Source: an uncultured Rikenellaceae bacterium (GTDB taxonomy: Bacteria; Bacteroidota; Bacteroidia; Bacteroidales; VadinHA17). Taken from it: a stretch of 64,000 nt of DNA. Below are positions 56,942 through 64,000 of the stretch, in pieces. The stretch is taken from contig CAYXSM010000002.1 of NCBI GenBank assembly GCA_964466705.1, positions 76,983 to 140,982 on the forward strand, written 5' to 3'. Each line of letters starts with the position of its first letter. Positions within the stretch are counted from its first letter, which is position 1. The notes under the pieces are model-generated. The model had not been told where the DNA came from, did no database searches, and was given only the letters and a program-made list of their open reading frames with translations. The position numbers and the translations under genes were made by a program.

Positions 56942-57628
56942 ATGAAAGTTCTTGAATTGAAAAATGTCGATAAAATATACAATGGCAGTGAAGTCCAGGT
57001 GCACGCCGTTAAAAGCGTTACCATGGATTTTCAGGAGGCAGAATTTGCTGCTATTGTCGGACCTTCCGGTTCGGGTAAAACAACATTGCTGAATCTTATC
57101 GGCGGGCTTGACAAACCGACATCAGGTGAAATCCTGATCGCAGGGACAAATCTTGCAACGCTTAAATCATCGGAACTGATTGATTTCAGGATGCGGAATA
57201 TCGGTTTTGTGTTCCAGTCTTACAATCTGATACCGGTCCTGACAGCCCGGGAAAATGTTGAGTTTATTATGTCATTACAGAAAAGGACGCGGGAAGAAAG
57301 GGAAGAAAGGACCCGCGAGCTGCTTGAAGCGGTTGGCCTTGCCGACAGGATGAACAGCAGGCCTGCCAGGCTTTCAGGAGGGCAGCAGCAAAGGGTTGCT
57401 GTCGCCAGGGCGCTGGCCTCAAAACCGAAATTTGTCCTTGCTGATGAACCCACTGCCAATCTTGACTCTAAAGCAGCACTAACCCTTCTTGAAATTATGA
57501 AGGAACTTAACCAGGTGGAGCGGATAACTTTTATCTTTTCCACTCACGATCCCAGAGTGGTTAATATGGCCAGACGGGTCATCACTCTGGAAGATGGCAG
57601 AATTGTCGCGGACGACAGAAAAGATTGA
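56942..57628 (+). CDS. ABC transporter ATP-binding protein (LolD/MacB-NBD-like)
   Basis: Walker A GPSGSGKTT, Q-loop, signature LSGGQQQRV, Walker B FVLADEPT, and H-loop STHD. Confidence 0.9.
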   Translation: MKVLELKNVDKIYNGSEVQVHAVKSVTMDFQEAEFAAIVGPSGSGKTTLLNLIGGLDKPTSGEILIAGTNLATLKSSELIDFRMRNIGFVFQSYNLIPVLTARENVEFIMSLQKRTREEREERTRELLEAVGLADRMNSRPARLSGGQQQRVAVARALASKPKFVLADEPTANLDSKAALTLLEIMKELNQVERITFIFSTHDPRVVNMARRVITLEDGRIVADDRKD

Positions 57629-57646
57629 AATATTGCCGGTGTTACT

Positions 57647-58801
57647 ATGATTAAAAGAATATTTATCGTATCTTTATTAGTATATGGTCCGGTCTTAACC
57701 GGGTTTTCACAGAAAGAAGCAGCTAAATTCTCTGCCGGGGGATATCTTACGTCCATGCAAAGTGCAATGTTTGACTCTCTCTCCGGGCCGTTCATGAATG
57801 AGAACCTGCTGCATAACAGGCTCAATTTCAAGGGGTATATTAACGATAACATAACACTTGCGGCTGAATTCCGGAACCGTCTTTTTACAGGGGACATGGT
57901 ACGACTTGGAAATTACTATTCCGGAATGATAGGAGCTGATAACGGACTGGTTGATATGTCCTGGAATGTGGTTGACAAGCAATCTCTGCTCATTAATACA
58001 ACAATCGACCGGCTCTGGATTGATCTTCACTTCAATAAATTTCAGATAACAGCGGGAAGGCAGCGTATAAACTGGGGCCAGGCTTTTGTCTGGAATCCTA
58101 ACGACATTTTTAACGCTTATTCTTTTTTTGATTTCGACTATATGGAACGACCCGGCAGCGATGCGGTACGGTTGCAATACTTTCCTTCCTCCTCTTCAGT
58201 TGCGGAATTCGCCATCAAAGCTGACAGGAACAGGGATATTACCGCTGCCGGACTTTTCCGGTTCAACAGGCGGGGTTATGATCTCCAGTTTCTTGCCGGA
58301 TTCGTGAACGGCACAGATGTCGTGATTGGTACAGGATGGTCGGGTGCAATCGGAGAAGTGTCATTCAGAGGCGAGGCTTCATGGTTTGACCATTTTGAGG
58401 ATTTTCCCGGAAATGAAGGGACCGTACTTGTTACAACCGGTTTCGACAGGATCCTGAAGGATAATTCAATGGCCCAGGTCCAGTTCATGTATTGTAATAA
58501 TCCGCTTGAATTGAATGATTTTACCAGCTTTTATTCAGGTAACCTTTCGTCGAAAGATCTTGCCTTTTCAAAGTTTTCAGCATTCGGACAGTTCACATGG
58601 GCGGCGACCCCTTTACTTAACCTGACCTTCGGGGCAATGTGGTTGCCCGGCCCTGAAGGATATTTTGCCGGGCCCTCACTGGATTACTCACTGTCGCAAA
58701 ACCTCGACCTCTCGGTTGTCTGGCAACACTTCAACGCATTAATGGGAGGGCATAGAATGAGAATAAACCTTGGATTCCTGCGATTAAAATACAGTTTTTA
58801 A
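57647..58801 (+). CDS. outer-membrane beta-barrel protein (porin/alginate-export-like), operon-linked to the ABC system
   Basis: Signal peptide MIKRIFIVSLLVYGPVLTGFSQ. ITAGRQRINWGQAFVWNPNDIF block. C-terminal ...LRLKYSF with terminal Phe typical of OMPs. Confidence 0.6.
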   Translation: MIKRIFIVSLLVYGPVLTGFSQKEAAKFSAGGYLTSMQSAMFDSLSGPFMNENLLHNRLNFKGYINDNITLAAEFRNRLFTGDMVRLGNYYSGMIGADNGLVDMSWNVVDKQSLLINTTIDRLWIDLHFNKFQITAGRQRINWGQAFVWNPNDIFNAYSFFDFDYMERPGSDAVRLQYFPSSSSVAEFAIKADRNRDITAAGLFRFNRRGYDLQFLAGFVNGTDVVIGTGWSGAIGEVSFRGEASWFDHFEDFPGNEGTVLVTTGFDRILKDNSMAQVQFMYCNNPLELNDFTSFYSGNLSSKDLAFSKFSAFGQFTWAATPLLNLTFGAMWLPGPEGYFAGPSLDYSLSQNLDLSVVWQHFNALMGGHRMRINLGFLRLKYSF

Positions 58802-58845
58802 AAAATTCATACTTTTGAGCTTTAGAATAACCATAATCTGATTTT

Positions 58846-59583
58846 ATGGCTCTGGTACATGAATTTGAAAAAAGCGGTAACTGGCTTTTTAAACGAAGAA
58901 GCTGGCTTCCTTTGATACTGCTGGCTGCAGGGATCTTTGCCATGTATTTTACAAACAGGCAGGCAATAATTTTTAACCTGAAGGAAGAGTTGCTTTTTCT
59001 TGGTGTCAGCCTTTTAGGTCAGGCAATCAGGGTATTTACCGTGGGTCATGCGCCAAAAAATACTTCGGGAAGAAATACTGAAGCCGGGCAGGTTGCAGAG
59101 GAACTTAATGTTACAGGTATTTACTCCCAGGTCCGTCATCCGCTCTATATAGGTAATTTTTTTATGTGGCTTGGCCCGGTCCTGTTTCTCCGGTCAGCCG
59201 TTTTTACAGGTTTCTTTGTATTGATATACTGGCTTTATTATGAAAGGATAATGTTTGCTGAAGAGCAGTTTTTGCGAAGAAAATTCGGGGATACATACGA
59301 TAACTGGTCCGGCACAGTCAGTTCTGTAATTCCTAAATTCAGGGATTATGTCAAACCTTTGCTTCCGTTTTCCCTGAGGAGCGTGCTTAAGCGCGAACAT
59401 AACAGTTTTGTGAATATATTCATGGTATTTCTGCTGCTCGATCTGATCAGGAATTATTTCCTCTCTGAAAGGTTATATATCACAAGCCTGTGGATTTACC
59501 TCTCAGCAGGGGCAGGTTTTTTATGGTTTATCACATGGGTCGCACACAAGAAAACCACATGGCTTGAAGTGCCGGGCCGGTAG
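58846..59583 (+). CDS. ICMT/PEMT-family integral-membrane methyltransferase
   Basis: GIYSQVRHPLYIGNFFMWLG plus ...EE.FL...FG..Y..W block characteristic of isoprenylcysteine carboxyl / phospholipid methyltransferase-like proteins. Multiple TMs. Confidence 0.65.
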   Translation: MALVHEFEKSGNWLFKRRSWLPLILLAAGIFAMYFTNRQAIIFNLKEELLFLGVSLLGQAIRVFTVGHAPKNTSGRNTEAGQVAEELNVTGIYSQVRHPLYIGNFFMWLGPVLFLRSAVFTGFFVLIYWLYYERIMFAEEQFLRRKFGDTYDNWSGTVSSVIPKFRDYVKPLLPFSLRSVLKREHNSFVNIFMVFLLLDLIRNYFLSERLYITSLWIYLSAGAGFLWFITWVAHKKTTWLEVPGR

Positions 59584-59592
59584 ATTCCGGAT

Positions 59593-60273
59593 TCAGTCAT
59601 CCCTCCCGCCCATGAAAATCATAATATAATACAGAAGAGTTGCAAGAGATCCGAGAGCGGCAACCACATATGTATATGCTGCCCACTTGAGAGCATCCTG
59701 TGCCTTGTCATGGTTCTGGTATGAAGTTATACCTGAATTTGAAAGCCATGCAAGTGCTCTCTGGCTGGCATTTATTTCAACCGGCAGCGTGACAAAGCTG
59801 AACAGGGTGGTAAGGGCAAAAAGCACGATACCTGCGAGCAGCAATGCCGGGAACGTATTTACCATAAGAACTCCCAGAAGAAGAATCCATTGAACATATT
59901 TTGAAGCAAAACTTACCGGCGGAACCAGCTTTGATCTCATACCCAGCCATGCATAAGCCGTGGCGTGCTGTATGGCGTGACCTGTTTCATGTGCTGCAAC
60001 AGCCGCCGCCGCAATGCTTTTGTTGCCGTAAACTTCCTGGCTCAGATTAATGGTTTTATTTTCAGGATTGTAGTGATCAGTTAACTTTCCGGGAACACTT
60101 TGAACCCTGACATCATAAACACCGTTGTCGCGAAGCATCCTTTCAGCTATTTCACGGCCTGACATGCCATTGTCAACCGGTATTTTCGAATATTTCCTGA
60201 ATTTCGACTTTAATGTCGCGCTTACGATCCAGCTGAGGACCATGAATGCAATAAATATTACCCAGATATTCAT
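59593..60273 (-). CDS. membrane zinc metallopeptidase (YugP / Zn_peptidase_2 family)
   Basis: HETGHAIQH HExxH motif, N-terminal anchor, two C-terminal TMs, 226 aa. Confidence 0.75.
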   Translation of the reverse strand: MNIWVIFIAFMVLSWIVSATLKSKFRKYSKIPVDNGMSGREIAERMLRDNGVYDVRVQSVPGKLTDHYNPENKTINLSQEVYGNKSIAAAAVAAHETGHAIQHATAYAWLGMRSKLVPPVSFASKYVQWILLLGVLMVNTFPALLLAGIVLFALTTLFSFVTLPVEINASQRALAWLSNSGITSYQNHDKAQDALKWAAYTYVVAALGSLATLLYYIMIFMGGRDD

Positions 60274-60435
60274 TTTTAGTATTTATTTTCAGTTTATGGT
60301 TTACAAATAAATTCTGCAAAACAACTGCCAAAACCGGTTTAACTTGGCATTCAGGTCATTTTGTCAGTTGTGGCAAAAATAGCAATTCATTTTTGTATAT
60401 AACAAGCGACAACAGCCAAATGTTATCTTTGCGGT

Positions 60436-60735
60436 ATGGGCAATCATTTTAAAAGAATATTAGCTGCTCTTTTTTCCCTGCCTGTATACTTCTACAAGTA
60501 TGCTATTTCCCCTTTGCTAAGGCCTTCCTGCCGTCATGTTCCCTCATGCTCGCAATATGCAATTGATTCCCTGAAAATCCACGGACCGTTCAAAGGATTA
60601 TTGCTTGCAACAAGCAGAATATTCAGATGCAGGCCCGGTGGTACTCATGGATATGATCCTGTACCGCTTTTCATTTTCAAACGATACAAGACCTTCAGAA
60701 AATATAAAAAATGCAACAGACTTGCCAAACCTTAA
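60436..60735 (+). CDS. yidD: membrane protein insertion efficiency factor YidD
   Basis: YKYAISPLL..SCRHVPSCSQYA..........G......RI.RC.P....GYDPVP core, with a basic C-terminal extension. Confidence 0.85.
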   Translation: MGNHFKRILAALFSLPVYFYKYAISPLLRPSCRHVPSCSQYAIDSLKIHGPFKGLLLATSRIFRCRPGGTHGYDPVPLFIFKRYKTFRKYKKCNRLAKP

Positions 60736-60771
60736 TGACTAAATGTTCTTCCCTGGCCAGCCTGACGGAAA

Positions 60772-61527
60772 TCAGAAATTAAGTTCCTCTTTCAGGCGCT
60801 TGTATCCGGTCCTGCTAACCGGCAGTCTCTGCCCTGATTTTATAACTGCCACATGAGAGTCTTTTCCGTATGGTTCTATGTTTCCTATCTCTTCTATCCT
60901 GACTATAAATGATCTGTGAATTCTGATAAAATCTTTCCCGGAGAGGTTTTCCTCAAAGAATTTCATTGTCTCCTGTTTCAGGGCCCTGCCGGTCTTATGA
61001 TAGATCATGACATAATCATCCTCAGCCTCAAGATAAATCAACTGGTCAACAGGTATCAGGTTAATTCCGTTTCCTTTGCGAACCACAATTCTTGCCAGTG
61101 GAGATGGATTTTCCGGTTTTTTGGCTAAAAGCTTGTTTGCCGGCTCCCTGTTCCCTTTGCCCGAGCGGATCTTGTCAGCTGCTTTCCTGACTGCCTCTAT
61201 GAACCTTCTTTTAGGAAACGGTTTAAGAAGGTAATCCACGGCATTGAGTTCAAAAGCCTTCAAAGCAAACTGGTCATATGCAGTGGTAAATATTATTTCC
61301 GGCTTTTCGGTAAGAACCTCAACAAGTTCAATACCTGTCAGCCGCGGCATCTGAATATCAAGGAAAACAAGTTCAGGCTTCATCATTGAAATTGACTTCA
61401 GACCCGAAAAACCATCAGCGCATTCAGCGATTATCTCCACATAATCAAGTTCTTCAAGATAGTGTCTGATTATCTGACGGGCAGGAGCTTCATCTTCAAT
61501 TATTAAAGCTTTTATCTTCTTTTCCAT
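60772..61527 (-). CDS. LytTR-family two-component response regulator
   Basis: REC domain (ALIIEDE...FLDIQMPRLTG...LKP) plus a C-terminal LytTR DNA-binding domain (FIRIHRSFIV). Confidence 0.9.
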   Translation of the reverse strand: MEKKIKALIIEDEAPARQIIRHYLEELDYVEIIAECADGFSGLKSISMMKPELVFLDIQMPRLTGIELVEVLTEKPEIIFTTAYDQFALKAFELNAVDYLLKPFPKRRFIEAVRKAADKIRSGKGNREPANKLLAKKPENPSPLARIVVRKGNGINLIPVDQLIYLEAEDDYVMIYHKTGRALKQETMKFFEENLSGKDFIRIHRSFIVRIEEIGNIEPYGKDSHVAVIKSGQRLPVSRTGYKRLKEELNF

Positions 61528-61765
61528 GATAAATTAAAGATGTGAGCCTGAGTTAAATCCGTAGTACATCGGATCACTAATATTTTGTATTCAGATTGCC
61601 CGGGTTTATCTCCTTGTTGACAACCTGAAGAGATAAAGAGCCACGTTTTGTAACATGTGTCATAAACCACGATACCTCTGATGCTGTTCTGCGGCCATAA
61701 AATACAACAGATGTACCAGACACTTGTTTTAAACTTGACAAATTTAGTTAATTTCCCGGTTTACA

Positions 61766-62815
61766 TCATTGGACAGGGATAAAAAGCGTCACTGTATATA
61801 ATCCTTTTTCCCTGGTTGTTTTGACTGAAGCCCTGTTTCCGTAAAACAGGTCGAGTCTTCTGGATACATTTAGCAAACCCGTACCGGTGCCCCTGGCCGA
61901 AGAGAGGACCTGCTCATAATTATTGTTGATTATGATAACAAGATATCCATTGTTGCACGATACCTCGGTTTTTATCCTGACCGATTCGGTGCTTTCATAA
62001 ACACCATGCTTGATGGCATTTTCATATAAAGGCTGCAGTATCATTACCGGCAGTTTCACATCCAGACACTTTTCATCGATACTGTCTTCAGTTGACAACC
62101 TGTCTCCAAATCGTATTTTTTCTATATCAAGGTACAGCTTCAGGTTATCAAGTTCGCTTCTCAGTGATATTGCCTGTTCATCCTTTTGTGAAAGTGCATA
62201 TCTCATGAAATCCGATAATTTTATTACCATGTCCCTTGCTTTATCCGGATCATTTATTGTCAGGGAGCTGATCGAATTAAGGCTGTTGAACAAAAAATGC
62301 GGATTTATTTGTGAACGGAGCATTTTCAGCTCGGTTTCCTTCACAAGGCTTTCAAGTCTGGCCTCTCTGGCCTTTTTTTCCGAAAGGTTTGTGAGGCTGG
62401 TAAACAAATAATAGGTCAGCACTATGAGGCTGTAAATAAAAAGGCCTGTTCCTATTCTGTAAGGAAAAGTAGAATCCCAGTAAACAGGAAATTCACTGAA
62501 ACCGGGAAGCGTGATTAACAAAACATATTTTGTAATTACGGTCCACAGTACTATCGAGATTGCCCCGCTGAGGAGGAGATTCAATATAACAGGTGCTGTG
62601 CCCGATTTTCCGGTATTGAAAAAGCTGAACGGGTACCATAATGAAAGAGCTACTCCAGAATAAACTACAAGTGACACAATTCCATCAGCTGCAAAGACAA
62701 TATTGAATTTCCCGTAAGCGAAGTAAAACAGCTGCAACTGCCCGGCCACAAGGAACAACCAGGCTATCCACCAGATAATTAATCTTGTCCTGCTTGCAAG
62801 TACGGGGTGCTTCAT
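61766..62815 (-). CDS. LytS-type sensor histidine kinase (His_kinase/PF06580-like)
   Basis: Five to six N-terminal TMs. H-box RSQINPHFLFNSLNSIS. ATPase N-box LQPLYENAIKHG and G-box GTGTGL. Confidence 0.85.
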   Translation of the reverse strand: MKHPVLASRTRLIIWWIAWLFLVAGQLQLFYFAYGKFNIVFAADGIVSLVVYSGVALSLWYPFSFFNTGKSGTAPVILNLLLSGAISIVLWTVITKYVLLITLPGFSEFPVYWDSTFPYRIGTGLFIYSLIVLTYYLFTSLTNLSEKKAREARLESLVKETELKMLRSQINPHFLFNSLNSISSLTINDPDKARDMVIKLSDFMRYALSQKDEQAISLRSELDNLKLYLDIEKIRFGDRLSTEDSIDEKCLDVKLPVMILQPLYENAIKHGVYESTESVRIKTEVSCNNGYLVIIINNNYEQVLSSARGTGTGLLNVSRRLDLFYGNRASVKTTREKGLYTVTLFIPVQ

Positions 62816-62825
62816 CTCAGCTTCC

Positions 62826-63551
62826 TTAGTAACTTTTTATTTCACCCCCTCCAAAAACAACAGCGCCTTTGATTGTAAGATGTTTATCGGAATCAACAAC
62901 CCTGCCGGGCCTGAGTTTTCTTGAATCGCTGAAACCACCAAGTACCGGAGTCACTTCAATAGTTATGAACCAGTCGTCGGGGACAACAATTGTTGCGCCT
63001 CCGAAGACACATGCAACTTCAAGCTCCGATCTGCCTGGAGAAAGCCTGGCTTTTGTGAGGTCGAGCTCTATTCCTCCGAAAACAGCTGAGATTTTTCCAC
63101 CCCTGAAATTCTGGGATACTATCTGCCGTTCGCCACCGCTGAAAATATTCACATAATCAATGAAATCATCTCCGGCTGTGCTCTTTGATTCAATATTCCA
63201 TCCATGCCTTTTACTGACGATGAACAATATTCCCGCAATAATAAATATCGAAGGCCAGAACAAATTGTAGATGTGGAATGTCTCGTTAAATATCCTTGGT
63301 ATGAGAAAAAATCCGCCTACTGCCATTACTATTACACCAGCAGTCCTTTCTGTTGAACCCAGGGTCATTACAAGTCCTATTGTTACAAGAAGCATTGGCC
63401 AGCTGAATATTATGTTGTCGAGGTAGTCAGGAAATAAACCGGTATTTCTGACAACAAGGAACAATCCGACCAGAACAAGGAGTACCCCTATTATTACCCT
63501 GTTATTTGATCTGAAGGGCTCCCTGGCATTAAAATTTTCATTTGTTTCCAT
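62826..63551 (-). CDS. LiaF-like membrane protein (C-terminal DUF2154-type domain)
   Basis: Four TMs followed by ...AVFGGIELDL....L......LEV..VFGG..I.VP.DW.I.......LGGF.D.R, the pattern of the LiaF C-terminal domain. Confidence 0.65.
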   Translation of the reverse strand: METNENFNAREPFRSNNRVIIGVLLVLVGLFLVVRNTGLFPDYLDNIIFSWPMLLVTIGLVMTLGSTERTAGVIVMAVGGFFLIPRIFNETFHIYNLFWPSIFIIAGILFIVSKRHGWNIESKSTAGDDFIDYVNIFSGGERQIVSQNFRGGKISAVFGGIELDLTKARLSPGRSELEVACVFGGATIVVPDDWFITIEVTPVLGGFSDSRKLRPGRVVDSDKHLTIKGAVVFGGGEIKSY

Positions 63552-63592
63552 GACATCAAAATTGTATATTCAAAATTAATAATAAGTTACGC

Positions 63593-63952
63593 TTAAGTTT
63601 TTTTTCTGAAAAGTGATGTGACGATAAAAATCAGGCCGGCAATGATTAATATTCCGGGCCAGTAAACGGTCCGGATTATTTCAGGTACCTCAATAAAAAT
63701 ATCATCAAGCATAAACCAGGCACCGCCGGCTATTAAAAGTAATCCTCCGATAAACTGGAGATTAAGAATAAGCAGCACCCCTATAAAGATCATGGCAGTC
63801 TTCCATGTAAAATATTCCCGGATGCCGCCCAGGTTAAGCATGTCATTCGTTGCTACAAGCAACGCTGCTCCCAGAGCTATCAGAAACAGACCAAAACTTA
63901 CTCTTGGATGATGTTCCTTTTTTCTGAAGGGACGATGATCATTTCCAGCCAT
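63593..63952 (-). CDS. small four-TM membrane protein (LiaI/LiaF-TM-like)
   Basis: 119 aa from the ATG at 63952; the ORF-track start at 63979 is TTG. Its hydrophobic segments resemble the TM region of the downstream LiaF-like protein. Confidence 0.5.
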   Translation of the reverse strand: MAGNDHRPFRKKEHHPRVSFGLFLIALGAALLVATNDMLNLGGIREYFTWKTAMIFIGVLLILNLQFIGGLLLIAGGAWFMLDDIFIEVPEIIRTVYWPGILIIAGLIFIVTSLFRKKT

Positions 63953-64000
63953 TTCAAGTATCGTTAAATTCCGGATCAAAATTAGCCGGGTATATTAATT

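Noticed and set aside
61577-61663. 28-codon ORF (MTHVTKRGSLSLQVVNKEINPGNLNTKY) in the kinase-regulator spacer, considered as a LytTR-linked signalling peptide
   Set aside because: It has no signal or leader (double-Gly) motif and no ribosome-binding site. Chance occurrence is likely in a 238-nt spacer.
1-64000. Window-wide look for CRISPR arrays, tRNA/rRNA genes, transposases, integrases, phage or toxin-antitoxin/defence modules
   Set aside because: I saw none of the following: regularly spaced direct repeats; T-loop GGTTCGAATCC-type motifs in spacers; DDE or tyrosine/serine recombinase motifs; nuclease/ATPase defence-like gene pairs. The window looks like core chromosome.

Overview
This window reads as a chromosomal segment from a Bacteroidota-type genome. 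The evidence is several TAnnTTTG -7 promoter motifs, mostly Shine-Dalgarno-less starts, DUF4271-hemD-rnpA synteny, and LytS/LytTR and LolA-like modules. I call about 57 protein-coding genes at high coding density. I found no rRNA, tRNA, CRISPR array, transposase, integrase or phage genes. All calls rest on motifs recognised by eye in the supplied translations; no homology search was run.

Most of the window is housekeeping or central metabolism: two phosphofructokinase paralogues, polA, queD, rnpA, lspA, dtd, rsgA, deoC, selU, ispB-like, SOD and pepE. These are interspersed with transporters and envelope genes.

The least ordinary part is the envelope-related stretch at about 47.7-64.0 kb. It holds four things:
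- an ECF sigma / anti-sigma-like / beta-barrel triad;
- a signal-less repeat protein ending in a GH16-fold domain whose catalytic ExDxxE motif is replaced by HINVCR;
- a TetR-headed seven-gene cluster that looks like a self-contained Lol-like trans-envelope exporter (LolA-like carrier, two FtsX permeases, LolD-like ATPase, beta-barrel, ICMT-like methyltransferase), which is my best candidate for an undescribed system;
- a LiaF-like/LytS/LytTR module.

Other points worth a second look:
- a hybrid histidine kinase whose phospho-acceptor His is Tyr;
- a Fe/Mn SOD with an in-frame signal peptide and a perfect internal SD+ATG;
- a MoaD-like protein ending in GD rather than GG;
- an unexplained 0.5-kb structured intergenic region upstream of deoC.
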